Of a stretch of 23,064 bases of DNA, positions 9,952 to 19,008 are shown piece by piece. Numbering within the stretch: the stretch's first letter is position 1; each line of letters begins with the position of its first letter. The translations under genes and the position numbers were made by a program. The notes beneath the pieces are model-generated. The model was not told the DNA's origin, did no database searches, and was given only the letters and a program-made list of their open reading frames with translations. This DNA comes from an uncultured archaeon (GTDB taxonomy: Archaea > Asgardarchaeota > Heimdallarchaeia > Heimdallarchaeales > Heimdallarchaeaceae). The DNA is taken from assembly GCA_964549075.1 (NCBI GenBank), contig CAZJUB010000037.1:1-23064 (forward strand). The letters run 5' to 3'.

Positions 9952-9989
9952 TTTCTTCAGTTTATATATCAATTTAAATATTATCTAGT
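9952..9989 (+). promoter_or_regulatory. Operon promoter nearly identical to the radA promoter
   Basis: TTTC 9952-9955, then TTTATATATCAATTTAAATATTATCTAGT 9961-9989; 27/29 identical to 20279-20307. Confidence 0.8.
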
Positions 9990-9993
9990 TGAC

Positions 9994-11430
9994 ATGGCAG
10001 TTCAATCTATCAGATCTAATGTATCGGAGAAAATTAAGAAAATTAGTAAAAAACAGAAGGAATTGATAAAAGAGAGCCTCTATACAAAAGGAGAGCTTCC
10101 TATTTTAGCTCAGATTTTTGTAGCTTTGTTATTTTGGTTTCTTATCTTTCTTATCTTAGCAGTTTTCTTATCTCCAACTTTGAAGTGGTTAGGAGTTATA
10201 ATCGCTTTAGTTGGAGCTTTCCTCATCGTTCAAGCTATGAATTTTCTCGGTAGAAGGTTTGTTAAACAAGATCAAGAAGAGGAAGAAACCGAACTGCCAT
10301 CAGAATCACTAGATATTACTGAGAATTCTGTACTTTTAGGTAAACACTATAAAAGAGGAAGGATTGTCTTAATTAAGAATCAGAAAGGTAAACTGTCTCT
10401 TACACCAATTCTCTTACTTCAGATCCTTTCTGTTTCTTCAAGTTCAACATCTATCTTTACATCTTTATCTACAAAATCCTTGCAACGTCTAAGTTTAAAG
10501 TATCATTGCAGTATCATTGATACAGCTAAATATGAGCTGATTCTACTCAAAGGAGAACCTAAGAAATGCAAGAATAACACTCTAAATATCACTTTGAAGC
10601 TCTTAGATGATAGTTTTTTCCAAGGAGCATTTGATATTATTTCAGAATTTCAGAGAGACAAAAGAATCGAATTTGAATTCCCACAAACGAGCATTCTTAG
10701 GGAAGTTTTCCCCACCTATGGCACAATTCTATCATCTACAAATGGAAACGAAAGAGAACAAGTTTCTGATGCTTTAGAAGAAATTTCAGAAGCTTCTGAA
10801 TTAGAAGTTGAAGCGAGAAGATTGTATGAATCTTTTACTAATTTAGAGCAAGATGAATTGGAAGAAAATATAGTTGATTTGCAGGATAAGGAAACAGAAG
10901 AAATAGAAGAACAGCCTGTACCGATTCAAAAAACCAAGTTATCAGCTAATCCAAAACAAGAACAGATAGTTAAAGACGTTTTGTTAAGAGAGCTAAATTT
11001 CTCTTTAGATAGTTTTCTAAATGCTGTAAAGGGTTACTACAAAAAAGGAATTGAAAATAATTTAGACAAAAAATATGATATCGAAACAGACAAGTTTCTG
11101 AAATATGTGCATCTCTTCTGTGACAAAGAAGAAATTACATTTTTCTATCCCTCTTATTCTTATCTGTTGAAGATAATCGAGTTTCTAGATATTGAATTGC
11201 CATCCTCAACTGATATTGATAACTTTACAACTAAACTAGCTGAAGAGTATGTGAACATTGATTTTTCAGAAAATCACAAAGAGAAACTAAAACAATTTTT
11301 AGATTCAAAAATAACCAACCCTAACAAACAAATCTCAGAGAATTTTGAGAGCGGTAGTAAAGTAGATTCCATTCCCCCTCCTCCAGTAAAAAAACAACAA
11401 AATATAATCAATCAGGAGGAAATTAAATGA
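9994..11430 (+). CDS. Hypothetical protein: N-terminal two-TM hairpin plus large acidic cytoplasmic region
   Basis: Two adjacent hydrophobic helices (about aa 38-85), Glu-rich linkers, PPPP near the C-terminus; ATGA overlap with the next gene. Confidence 0.82.
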   Translation: MAVQSIRSNVSEKIKKISKKQKELIKESLYTKGELPILAQIFVALLFWFLIFLILAVFLSPTLKWLGVIIALVGAFLIVQAMNFLGRRFVKQDQEEEETELPSESLDITENSVLLGKHYKRGRIVLIKNQKGKLSLTPILLLQILSVSSSSTSIFTSLSTKSLQRLSLKYHCSIIDTAKYELILLKGEPKKCKNNTLNITLKLLDDSFFQGAFDIISEFQRDKRIEFEFPQTSILREVFPTYGTILSSTNGNEREQVSDALEEISEASELEVEARRLYESFTNLEQDELEENIVDLQDKETEEIEEQPVPIQKTKLSANPKQEQIVKDVLLRELNFSLDSFLNAVKGYYKKGIENNLDKKYDIETDKFLKYVHLFCDKEEITFFYPSYSYLLKIIEFLDIELPSSTDIDNFTTKLAEEYVNIDFSENHKEKLKQFLDSKITNPNKQISENFESGSKVDSIPPPPVKKQQNIINQEEIK

Positions 11431-12083
11431 TAGAAGAAATGTTCTTTCTTGATATTATTGAGTTCTATCTCAAATTTTGGTTACTTTCCCTTGCTTTACG
11501 ATTTGTACTTTCTTTTCTACCATGGAAAGTATTTGATATCTTGAGATTTATCGGCAATCTTATTCGGTTCCCAATCAAACGATTCTTCTATTGGATCTAT
11601 GGAGTAAAAGTAGAAGAAACAGATTTAGAGAAATCTACTTTCTTAACTGAAGAGATTGATGATTTCGATTGCAGAATAACTTCTAATGTGGTAGGACCTT
11701 TATTGATACAAACTTATGTTGGAAGTTTTATTTTATATTGGGCTAATCAGTTATATCCAACATCGTATTTATGGATAAGTATAATTTTGTATGTTTTCGG
11801 GTTCTGCATTATTCTCATGTCAGCTCCTGATTTTAAGGAAGCAGAAGAGCTCGTGAGGGTAAGTGTTAAATCTATTCTCAAATGGTTTGCAAAACTCGTT
11901 TTTCTATCAATACCTGCCTATCTCTTAATCCACTTTTTCGTTGGGATTGAGACTTTAGCTCAAGCAGTTTTTGTTCTTACTTTACTCATTCCAGTATATT
12001 ATAACAGGAAGAAAGAGTCAGGAGAGAGATGGGTAAAATCTAAAAAAGCGAAAGTGGCCGAGGTAGATCCTTTTGGAGAATAA
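11427..12083 (+). CDS. Polytopic membrane protein, possibly a degenerate zincin/M50-like peptidase fold
   Basis: About 5 TM helices; G-x3-RFPIK-x6-GVKV, GPLL and APDFKE sit where PG-x3-HExxH-x6-GxxV, APL and PSxxD would be expected. Confidence 0.75.
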   Translation: MIEEMFFLDIIEFYLKFWLLSLALRFVLSFLPWKVFDILRFIGNLIRFPIKRFFYWIYGVKVEETDLEKSTFLTEEIDDFDCRITSNVVGPLLIQTYVGSFILYWANQLYPTSYLWISIILYVFGFCIILMSAPDFKEAEELVRVSVKSILKWFAKLVFLSIPAYLLIHFFVGIETLAQAVFVLTLLIPVYYNRKKESGERWVKSKKAKVAEVDPFGE

Positions 12084-13140
12084 TCTTGAAGTTAATGAGA
12101 TTGTAGACAAAATCATCGAAAATCTCGAGACTTCTCTTGATAAATTAGGACGAAGTTTACATTTAGACAAGAAACAAACAGAAGAAGAAAAGAAGAAAGA
12201 TACTGATTCTGTGAATTTACAAAACGAAGAGTTTAGTCACACAACTAATAGACCATTTGCAAGTGTAAGATATGCAACCCCTGATTATGTAATTAAAATA
12301 GAAAGTAATTACAAGCAGCTACATGTAGAAGAAAGCACTTACATACCAATTCCTGTAATAAAGATTCCAAAACTTCCAAGTGAAGAAACCAAGCAGAAAG
12401 AATCTCTAACTACATCTAAAAAGCTTGACTTAGATGAAACTGCTGGTACTCAAGTAAAGATACAAGAAGAAGAGGAAGAGGAAGAAAAAAATATTGTTGA
12501 AAATAACTTAGATATTGATACGGACATTCACTTTGTTGACATACCCAAAGCTGTAAGATTAATACATCTCTATGGTCCTCCTGGTTCTGCTAAGAGTACT
12601 TTTGGTCTTCAATCTGCAATAGAGATTTCACCAAGAAAAACCTATTATTTCATCACCAGTCATGCTACTTCTATAATTAAAAGAATAAAGCAAATTTGCG
12701 AGCACGAAAGGTGGAATGATTTTAAAGGATTCAAACAATCTTTCTTCCCTATAGAGATCTCAAACTTAGAGGTTTTAGAAGTTCAATTGGAAAAAATTGA
12801 ACACTTGAGTGCTGAGGAAGTAGGAATGGTTGTAATTGATCATTTAACTGATTATTCTCGTGGACAAATACATAAGGAAGAAAAACGAAAACAGCTCAGA
12901 GAGTTATTAGAGAGGTTGTATATTCTCGCAGACGAAAAAGATTGTAAAATTCTAATAATTAATGGTTACTCTTACAAGGATTCTGCCCCAGCTGAAGACA
13001 TAGTTGAATCATTCTGTGATATGTCTTTGCAGGCAGTTGTTGAAGATGGGGGAGTCAAGTTTATTTCTGAAACAGAGGAATTTTCTCTACAACTCGATGA
13101 TTCAGGAGTGAGGAATTTACATGTTAACGTTTATTACTAA
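12073..13140 (+). CDS. RecA-superfamily ATPase, RadB/Rad51-paralog-like, with a long charged N-terminal extension
   Basis: LIHLYGPPGSAKST (variant Walker A, aa 168-176), VVIDH (Walker B), KILIIN strand; TTG start with GAGGT upstream, overlapping the previous gene by 11 nt. Confidence 0.8.
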   Translation: MENNLEVNEIVDKIIENLETSLDKLGRSLHLDKKQTEEEKKKDTDSVNLQNEEFSHTTNRPFASVRYATPDYVIKIESNYKQLHVEESTYIPIPVIKIPKLPSEETKQKESLTTSKKLDLDETAGTQVKIQEEEEEEEKNIVENNLDIDTDIHFVDIPKAVRLIHLYGPPGSAKSTFGLQSAIEISPRKTYYFITSHATSIIKRIKQICEHERWNDFKGFKQSFFPIEISNLEVLEVQLEKIEHLSAEEVGMVVIDHLTDYSRGQIHKEEKRKQLRELLERLYILADEKDCKILIINGYSYKDSAPAEDIVESFCDMSLQAVVEDGGVKFISETEEFSLQLDDSGVRNLHVNVYY

Positions 13141-13149
13141 AAGACAGTA

Positions 13150-13187
13150 TTTCCTTTGTTTTTATATCAAACTAATTATTATAAGGT
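13150..13187 (+). promoter_or_regulatory. Internal promoter of the same family
   Basis: TTTC 13150-13153, then TTTTTATATCAAACTAATTATTATAAGGT 13159-13187; 22/29 identical to each of the 9961 and 20279 elements. Confidence 0.6.
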
Positions 13188-13197
13188 GAGACATGGT

Positions 13198-13671
13198 ATG
13201 ACAATAGAAAGTGATCTTGTTAACAAACTTGCAGACAGATGGCAATCTGAAGGTTTACTCGTTGCCAAAGAATTACATATCCCTATTATCAATCAGATAT
13301 ATTACGATAATTATTTAGAAGGTCGTGAATATATCAGAATCGATCTTGCAGCTTATAACAAAGAAACTAATAAGATTATATTTGTTGAAGCTGAAAATGG
13401 TTTATATCTCCAACACCCTCAAATCTACTTACCTTTCTGTAATTTACTTTACATCCTTTGTCCAAACGAGATGTCCTCTTACAGACAAGAACAACTAGAC
13501 TGGAGTTTAGAACAAGGTATTGGAGTCATTGAGCAGACTGGTGAGGATTTTACGGAGACTATTTCACCTAATTCTCGTCGAATTTTTCCAGCTGTTGAAG
13601 CTTATGTAAAAGCTAGATTGTTCAAAAGAATAGAAAAGGAGAAGAAAAAAAATGTCATCACTACTAACTAA
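13198..13671 (+). CDS. PD-(D/E)XK restriction-endonuclease-fold protein
   Basis: Helix ESDLVNKL, VAKE, RIDLAAY, IIFVEAE, QIY, LYILCP, GIGVI. Likely start ATG 13198 (GGTGA 8 nt upstream) rather than TTG 13156. Confidence 0.75.
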   Translation: MTIESDLVNKLADRWQSEGLLVAKELHIPIINQIYYDNYLEGREYIRIDLAAYNKETNKIIFVEAENGLYLQHPQIYLPFCNLLYILCPNEMSSYRQEQLDWSLEQGIGVIEQTGEDFTETISPNSRRIFPAVEAYVKARLFKRIEKEKKKNVITTN

Positions 13672-16600
13672 AAATAAACCTAAGAAATTCTTAGGAAATA
13701 ATAAATCAATCTACACCATCAGGAAAGGAAATACGATCACTTTTTATTGTGCATTCATAGTAAAACCTCACCGTAGAGTAATCCAAGAAAAAAAGAAATC
13801 TTACAAATATGATGAAACTTTGGAAGAAGAAACATCTCCAACCATTTTAGATATTCTAAATCAAGTCAGGAAATTAAAAACTTCAGTTCACAGAATTTTT
13901 CTTCCTGGAAATGTTAGAAGAAAGAATTTGGAGAAAAATCAAAATAAAAAGACATCAGGAGAAGATCAGATTCTTGATGAATTATTTGAAAATGAAAATC
14001 AGATTATTGATGTAAAACTAACTTTCTATCTACTTAAAGCTTGGAAAACTTTCGAGATTGGAGATACTTTCTTAACAGTTGATGATCTAGTTGAAGAATT
14101 CGTTTCTCTTCTAAGAGCTGAGTTGAAACAGAAAGTAGAAAATATGGGAAAGGTTGGCAGGTTACTAGGTTCGACTTTAGAGGAGTTTATTCTTTATGGC
14201 ACTTTAGAAAATAAGAATTTCCTTTCTACAGGTAAAAAGATGTTTACAGAATTAACTAATGATTACTTTACTATTGAAAAAGAAGACGAATTCTTGAAAA
14301 ACTTCTCTCTCGGCCCAGCTGTAGATCAACGTCAGAAGAGTGTTTTCTCTTTCCCTACTGGTATCGAATCGGATGAACGTTTTATTCTTGGCCAAGCTGA
14401 TAATGAGATGGGTATTGGTTTACCTGAAAATGCTTCTTTTCCAATTTTATTAGCTGGCGATAAGAAAACAAGAGAGATAATGACAAATCGTATCCTTGAA
14501 GGGAAAAAGTTTATTATACTTGATCCTCGAATGAATCTTGAATTTCAAGATAGAGTAGAATCCCCTTCAGAAAGTCTAGTATTGGGTGAGAATTTTAGCT
14601 TCAATGTACTCACTCCTGTTCTTGAAGATTACATTCCCGAAAAACTTGCAACTCAGTATCTAAGTAATTTTATAGACATTTTACGACTTGTAAGCGATGT
14701 GAGAGGAGAGGGTCCAGTCCTACTTAGAGATTTGTATGATTTTTATGTTAATGAATATCAAGAAGAACAAGAAGATATACTCTTTCCAAGAAATGACCTT
14801 CAAGTGTCTTTGAACGATCTTTATACTATGCTTACTGTTGAACCTGGTGGTTTAGTAATTACTGATTATCAATTATCTATTATTCGCTCTTTAATTAATG
14901 AAATTAGAGATCCTTGTATAAGCGAAACTACCAAAATATTGGATAAAAAAGGATTGGAAGAATTATTTGCTTCAAACAAAATTATAGATTTCAGTTCTCA
15001 AGGTTATAAGATTCAAAGATTATTCTTTTATTCATTTTTACTTCAACTATCTATTTATGAACAAATTTCGAAGAGTGATGAGGAAACAATCATCTATATT
15101 GATGATGCTGAATTATTCTTCTCAAGGGAGAGAGACAATAGTATTTTAGTTCATATTCTTAAGAAACTAGAAAATAGCAGATTTAAAATTATTTTATCAA
15201 CACCTTATCCTTCACATCTATCTCCGAGTATTTTTGATATGACATACAATCGAATCGTAGGCAATCTCAAATCCGCTAAATGTACAAGATTATTAGCAGA
15301 TTCTCATGGATTCTATAAAGGACAAATAGACTTCTTAAGAAGATTACCTAAAAATAGTTTCTTCTTAATTAGAGAGGATTTAGCAGAAAAACCTCTGTTA
15401 TTAGATTTCTTTCTTGAAGATGTTGCTAAGCATGATAAACAAGTAGTAGAAACTGTTCGCAAAGTAGTGAAACAGACTTCTATTACTGATGAAGATAAAA
15501 AGAAATTAACAATTAATTACGAAGATTTTGTAAAACTTCATCCAGTAATGAGGGAGATTTTAGAAAAATTATCTTCCAAAGTTAATAGAGGAATAAACAC
15601 AGAATCACTTCCTAATCTTTTCACTCAGTGGCCTATTAACAAAGTCAAAGAAGCTATTTCAGCTCTTGAGATGTTTGGATATATTTTCTTTGAATCAGTA
15701 GATAAGAAAGGCAAAAAGAATGAATATTGGACAAAAATAACCCCCAGAGGTAAGAATTTTCTTGAAAAAATCAAATATTCTGAATTACTAGAGGAACAGA
15801 ATAAAGAGGTTGAATATGATGAAGAAGGAGAAGAGTTCTTACCTAATTATATTGAAAAACCAAATATCGTTGAAATAACAGAAAAAGAAGAAGATGAATC
15901 CTTAATAACTAAATTACAATTGATAAGGAAGATAATTCGCGACACTAGAGACTCCGGTGATTCTGCTGAAAATAAACTGGATATTCTTCATTCTTTCCTT
16001 GTTCAAATTTCTCCTTTATTGAAAGGTGATTACATAGAAGAGAAGATAAAATTAGATAAATTCTTAGTTAACTTGCAAGATTTGCTTGACGAAAAAGAAA
16101 AAATTGATGATATTCCTCAGAAAATTCTATCTCAGATTTTTCATAAAGCTCTTTCTTTGATTGATAGTATCCAGATTCGAGCTACTTATGGGGAGCAGAG
16201 TTCAGCTGATGAAGATGAAGAATTTATCGGTAAAATAATCGATAAGGAACTTAATTCAGAAAAATGGCAAGAGTTTGATAGAGATATTTTTCTCACTGAA
16301 ATTCCTGAATTATCGGAAATATCTTCTAAATTAGATAGAGACAAAAAACAGATTGATGAGTTGATAAAGTCAGAATTCCCTGAAGAAGTATTAAAGGGAT
16401 TAGAACTATCTTTAGCTCTTCCGAAAGAAGAATTCTTAACGATGACAACAGAAGCAATTGCATCACTCCTTCAAATTAAAACAAAATTCTTCCCTAATAT
16501 GAAATCAGAAGAGTATCTTGATGAAATAAACTCGTTCTTCAAATCATCAGGTTATCCTGAGCCATATGAAAAGGCTCAACAGCTACTTTGGGAATATTCT

Positions 16601-16777
16601 GTGGTTGAAAAAGAAAGTTCTGTTAAATCCGCATACACAATGCGGAATAGGAGAGAGATAATCGAAAGTATTCAGCAAGAAACTAGTGAGTTTGATTTTG
16701 ATACTAATTCAAAGAGTAAAAACAATCTTGTAGGACAGCTCAAAGATAGCATCAGGAAAAGGATAAACAATGATTAG
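13652..16777 (+). CDS. HerA/FtsK/VirB4-family protein with a degenerate ATPase site, winged helix and acidic helical C-terminus
   Basis: Ordered family landmarks FILG, PILLAG, FIILDP, FNVL, IIYIDDAE, IILSTPYPSHL, RRLPKNSFF; wHTH at about aa 630-705 ending WTKITPRG. Confidence 0.75.
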   Translation: MSSLLTKNKPKKFLGNNKSIYTIRKGNTITFYCAFIVKPHRRVIQEKKKSYKYDETLEEETSPTILDILNQVRKLKTSVHRIFLPGNVRRKNLEKNQNKKTSGEDQILDELFENENQIIDVKLTFYLLKAWKTFEIGDTFLTVDDLVEEFVSLLRAELKQKVENMGKVGRLLGSTLEEFILYGTLENKNFLSTGKKMFTELTNDYFTIEKEDEFLKNFSLGPAVDQRQKSVFSFPTGIESDERFILGQADNEMGIGLPENASFPILLAGDKKTREIMTNRILEGKKFIILDPRMNLEFQDRVESPSESLVLGENFSFNVLTPVLEDYIPEKLATQYLSNFIDILRLVSDVRGEGPVLLRDLYDFYVNEYQEEQEDILFPRNDLQVSLNDLYTMLTVEPGGLVITDYQLSIIRSLINEIRDPCISETTKILDKKGLEELFASNKIIDFSSQGYKIQRLFFYSFLLQLSIYEQISKSDEETIIYIDDAELFFSRERDNSILVHILKKLENSRFKIILSTPYPSHLSPSIFDMTYNRIVGNLKSAKCTRLLADSHGFYKGQIDFLRRLPKNSFFLIREDLAEKPLLLDFFLEDVAKHDKQVVETVRKVVKQTSITDEDKKKLTINYEDFVKLHPVMREILEKLSSKVNRGINTESLPNLFTQWPINKVKEAISALEMFGYIFFESVDKKGKKNEYWTKITPRGKNFLEKIKYSELLEEQNKEVEYDEEGEEFLPNYIEKPNIVEITEKEEDESLITKLQLIRKIIRDTRDSGDSAENKLDILHSFLVQISPLLKGDYIEEKIKLDKFLVNLQDLLDEKEKIDDIPQKILSQIFHKALSLIDSIQIRATYGEQSSADEDEEFIGKIIDKELNSEKWQEFDRDIFLTEIPELSEISSKLDRDKKQIDELIKSEFPEEVLKGLELSLALPKEEFLTMTTEAIASLLQIKTKFFPNMKSEEYLDEINSFFKSSGYPEPYEKAQQLLWEYSVVEKESSVKSAYTMRNRREIIESIQQETSEFDFDTNSKSKNNLVGQLKDSIRKRINND

Positions 16778-18962
16778 TTTTACTTTAGATAATCCTTCTC
16801 TAACAGATTTTCAGGATAAATGCTTACGAGAATATAAGAAAGAGAAAGATGTTTTAGTTATTGCACCGAGTAGTTCAGGGAAAACTTTTGTAACAGAGCA
16901 ATATATCTTAGAATACTTTCAGTCAGTTTATGGTAAATTTCTTGTTTCACCTAAAAGATACAAAATAGGATTCATACTACCATACAAATCTTTAGCAGTT
17001 CAAGAGTACAATCATTTTGAGACATTAGTAAGTCATAGAGGGATAAAAACTCTACTTGCAGTTGGTGGAGTAGATGTAGAAGAAGAAGATGTTGCAAATA
17101 GTAACATTATCATAGGAACTTATGAGAAATTTCTCACATTATTAAAACGATATGAAGTATTAGGTAAATACCTCCGAATTCTTGTTATCGATGAATTCCA
17201 CTTTTTGGGCACTGATAGAGGAAGAGCTCTTGAAGAGATCATATTACAATGGAAAAAACAAGAGAACATGGCTCAATTAATTCTTTTATCATCTTCTATC
17301 TCCAATCCTTTGGAAATTTCTGATTGGTTAAATGTTTATCCTATTATAGAGAAAAAAAGACCAGTACCAATTGATTATGATGTTGAGATTGCAGCAGATA
17401 CTATAAAATACATAGAAAAAATTAGAGAAAACAAGCAACTTCTGGTTTTTACTCATTCAAGATCTGACGCTGAACTTTTATCAGAAAAAATAGCGTCAAA
17501 AAATAAACAAAAAAACGATATTGAAATTGATAAATTAATAGAACAGAGTTTAGAAAGCACAAAAGATGCAAAAACAAAAAAGATTCTTCAACAAACATTC
17601 TTCCCTCCTCAATTAAAAGAGATGGTGAAAAAAGGGATTGCCTACCATCATGCTGGGCTCTCAGATTTAGTTAGATTGTTAATTGAAGATCTTTTCATAA
17701 ATGGAGAAATAGATGTTTTGGTCTCAACTTCTACTCTGTCAGCTGGAGTAAATCTTCCTGCTGATATATCTGTTTTTAATCTAAAACATAACCGAATTAA
17801 AACAGAAAATAACATGGTCTTCCAGACACTAGGAAGAGCTGGAAGATTAGGTTTCAAGGATTATGGGAGAGGTATTGTACTTGTCAGAAGTGAGAGAATG
17901 AGAAGAAGCACTGAAGAGAAATTCTTTGACCATTCTAATGAAAATAAAGCTAAACCAATCTTTCATTCTATAGAAAGCAAATTTGGCGATTATGATTATT
18001 TACTTCAATTCTACTTGGATGTTTTCTATTATCACAAACAGTCTTCTTCAAGCGAGTTAATGGATCTTCACGAGAAAATAGAAGAAACATTATGGTATTA
18101 TCAAAAACGATCAAAATTGTTGCGAGATATAACTCAACTAAGATTATTACAAGCACTTTTTTCCTCTGCTGATTCTACTTTAGAAACTGCTGAAATCATT
18201 GAGTTTTACAAAAGACTAGATAAAACCAATAACATCAAAGATAGAAAAATGGAAATAAAATCTATTGAAGGATTGAATTCAGCTGCAATTGTAGCAACTA
18301 TCCAAGAACAATCTAAATTATTTCAGATTTATCTTTCTCCTTCACGCAGGAGTTGCACATGCCAAAACAAGCATTCTAATTTCATCTGCAAACATCAAAG
18401 ATTTTTACTTGAAACATATCCAGAAGGACAAGAGAGATGGTTAAATAGTTATGGAATAGTGGATTTTCTTGTAAGAGAAGGATTCGTTGTTAGATCGTCA
18501 GGAGATAATATCAATCTAACATATATGGGAAAATTAGCAGCTAACCATTACATTCATCCTTACGATTTCTTAGACTATCTAGAATTTTGTGGGATTAATA
18601 AAGAATTAACGATAACTCAGTATCTAAAACAATTCATAACTAGAGATAAGAGGATAAAACAAGAAATCAAAGCAAATGAGCTTTCTTCTTTATTAGCAAT
18701 CAGATTAGCTCATGATATTGTAAATGGCAGAGAAATCAGAGAGATATGTGAGAAATATAATATCAGTGATAGTTTTGTTGATGATTGGCGAGAAACAATT
18801 TTTCGTTTCATGAAAATGTTTGAAGCTTTAAATCAATTTATAGGTAAAAGGGAGGAGGCAGAAAAGATAGCTGAGTGGATTGCTAAGAGTAATGGTTTAG
18901 CAGAATTTGATTATGTAAAACTAGATAAAGAGCAACAGAATAAAATAAGGATTGAAAGCTAA
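16770..18962 (+). CDS. SF2 Ski2/Hel308-like DExH helicase with an inserted SWIM zinc finger
   Basis: Q motif FQ, APSSSGKT, PYKSLA, TYEK, DEFH, SSS, HHAGL, STSTLSAGVNLPA, QTLGRAGR; CTC-x8-CKH at 18354-18395. Confidence 0.92.
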   Translation: MISFTLDNPSLTDFQDKCLREYKKEKDVLVIAPSSSGKTFVTEQYILEYFQSVYGKFLVSPKRYKIGFILPYKSLAVQEYNHFETLVSHRGIKTLLAVGGVDVEEEDVANSNIIIGTYEKFLTLLKRYEVLGKYLRILVIDEFHFLGTDRGRALEEIILQWKKQENMAQLILLSSSISNPLEISDWLNVYPIIEKKRPVPIDYDVEIAADTIKYIEKIRENKQLLVFTHSRSDAELLSEKIASKNKQKNDIEIDKLIEQSLESTKDAKTKKILQQTFFPPQLKEMVKKGIAYHHAGLSDLVRLLIEDLFINGEIDVLVSTSTLSAGVNLPADISVFNLKHNRIKTENNMVFQTLGRAGRLGFKDYGRGIVLVRSERMRRSTEEKFFDHSNENKAKPIFHSIESKFGDYDYLLQFYLDVFYYHKQSSSSELMDLHEKIEETLWYYQKRSKLLRDITQLRLLQALFSSADSTLETAEIIEFYKRLDKTNNIKDRKMEIKSIEGLNSAAIVATIQEQSKLFQIYLSPSRRSCTCQNKHSNFICKHQRFLLETYPEGQERWLNSYGIVDFLVREGFVVRSSGDNINLTYMGKLAANHYIHPYDFLDYLEFCGINKELTITQYLKQFITRDKRIKQEIKANELSSLLAIRLAHDIVNGREIREICEKYNISDSFVDDWRETIFRFMKMFEALNQFIGKREEAEKIAEWIAKSNGLAEFDYVKLDKEQQNKIRIES

Positions 18963-19008
18963 TATCTTTAAGAACTCTCACTCATCTTATTTCGACTAAT
19001 GTACAGAT

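Noticed and set aside
13156-13197. TTG-initiated N-terminal extension of the nuclease ORF (likewise the starts at 3810 and 5923)
   Set aside because: The extensions overlap TATA-like boxes, and downstream ATGs give better starts
13652-16777. Canonical herA of the herA-nurA-mre11-rad50 operon
   Set aside because: No nurA, mre11 or rad50 in the window, the catalytic motifs are lost, and the protein is about twice the usual length
13198-18962. Anti-phage defence system (nuclease + HerA + Ski2-like helicase, as in Hachiman or HerA-based systems)
   Set aside because: Disfavoured but not excluded: the HerA-like ATPase is degenerate, no HamA/Sir2/methylase partner is seen, and the promoter type is shared with radA
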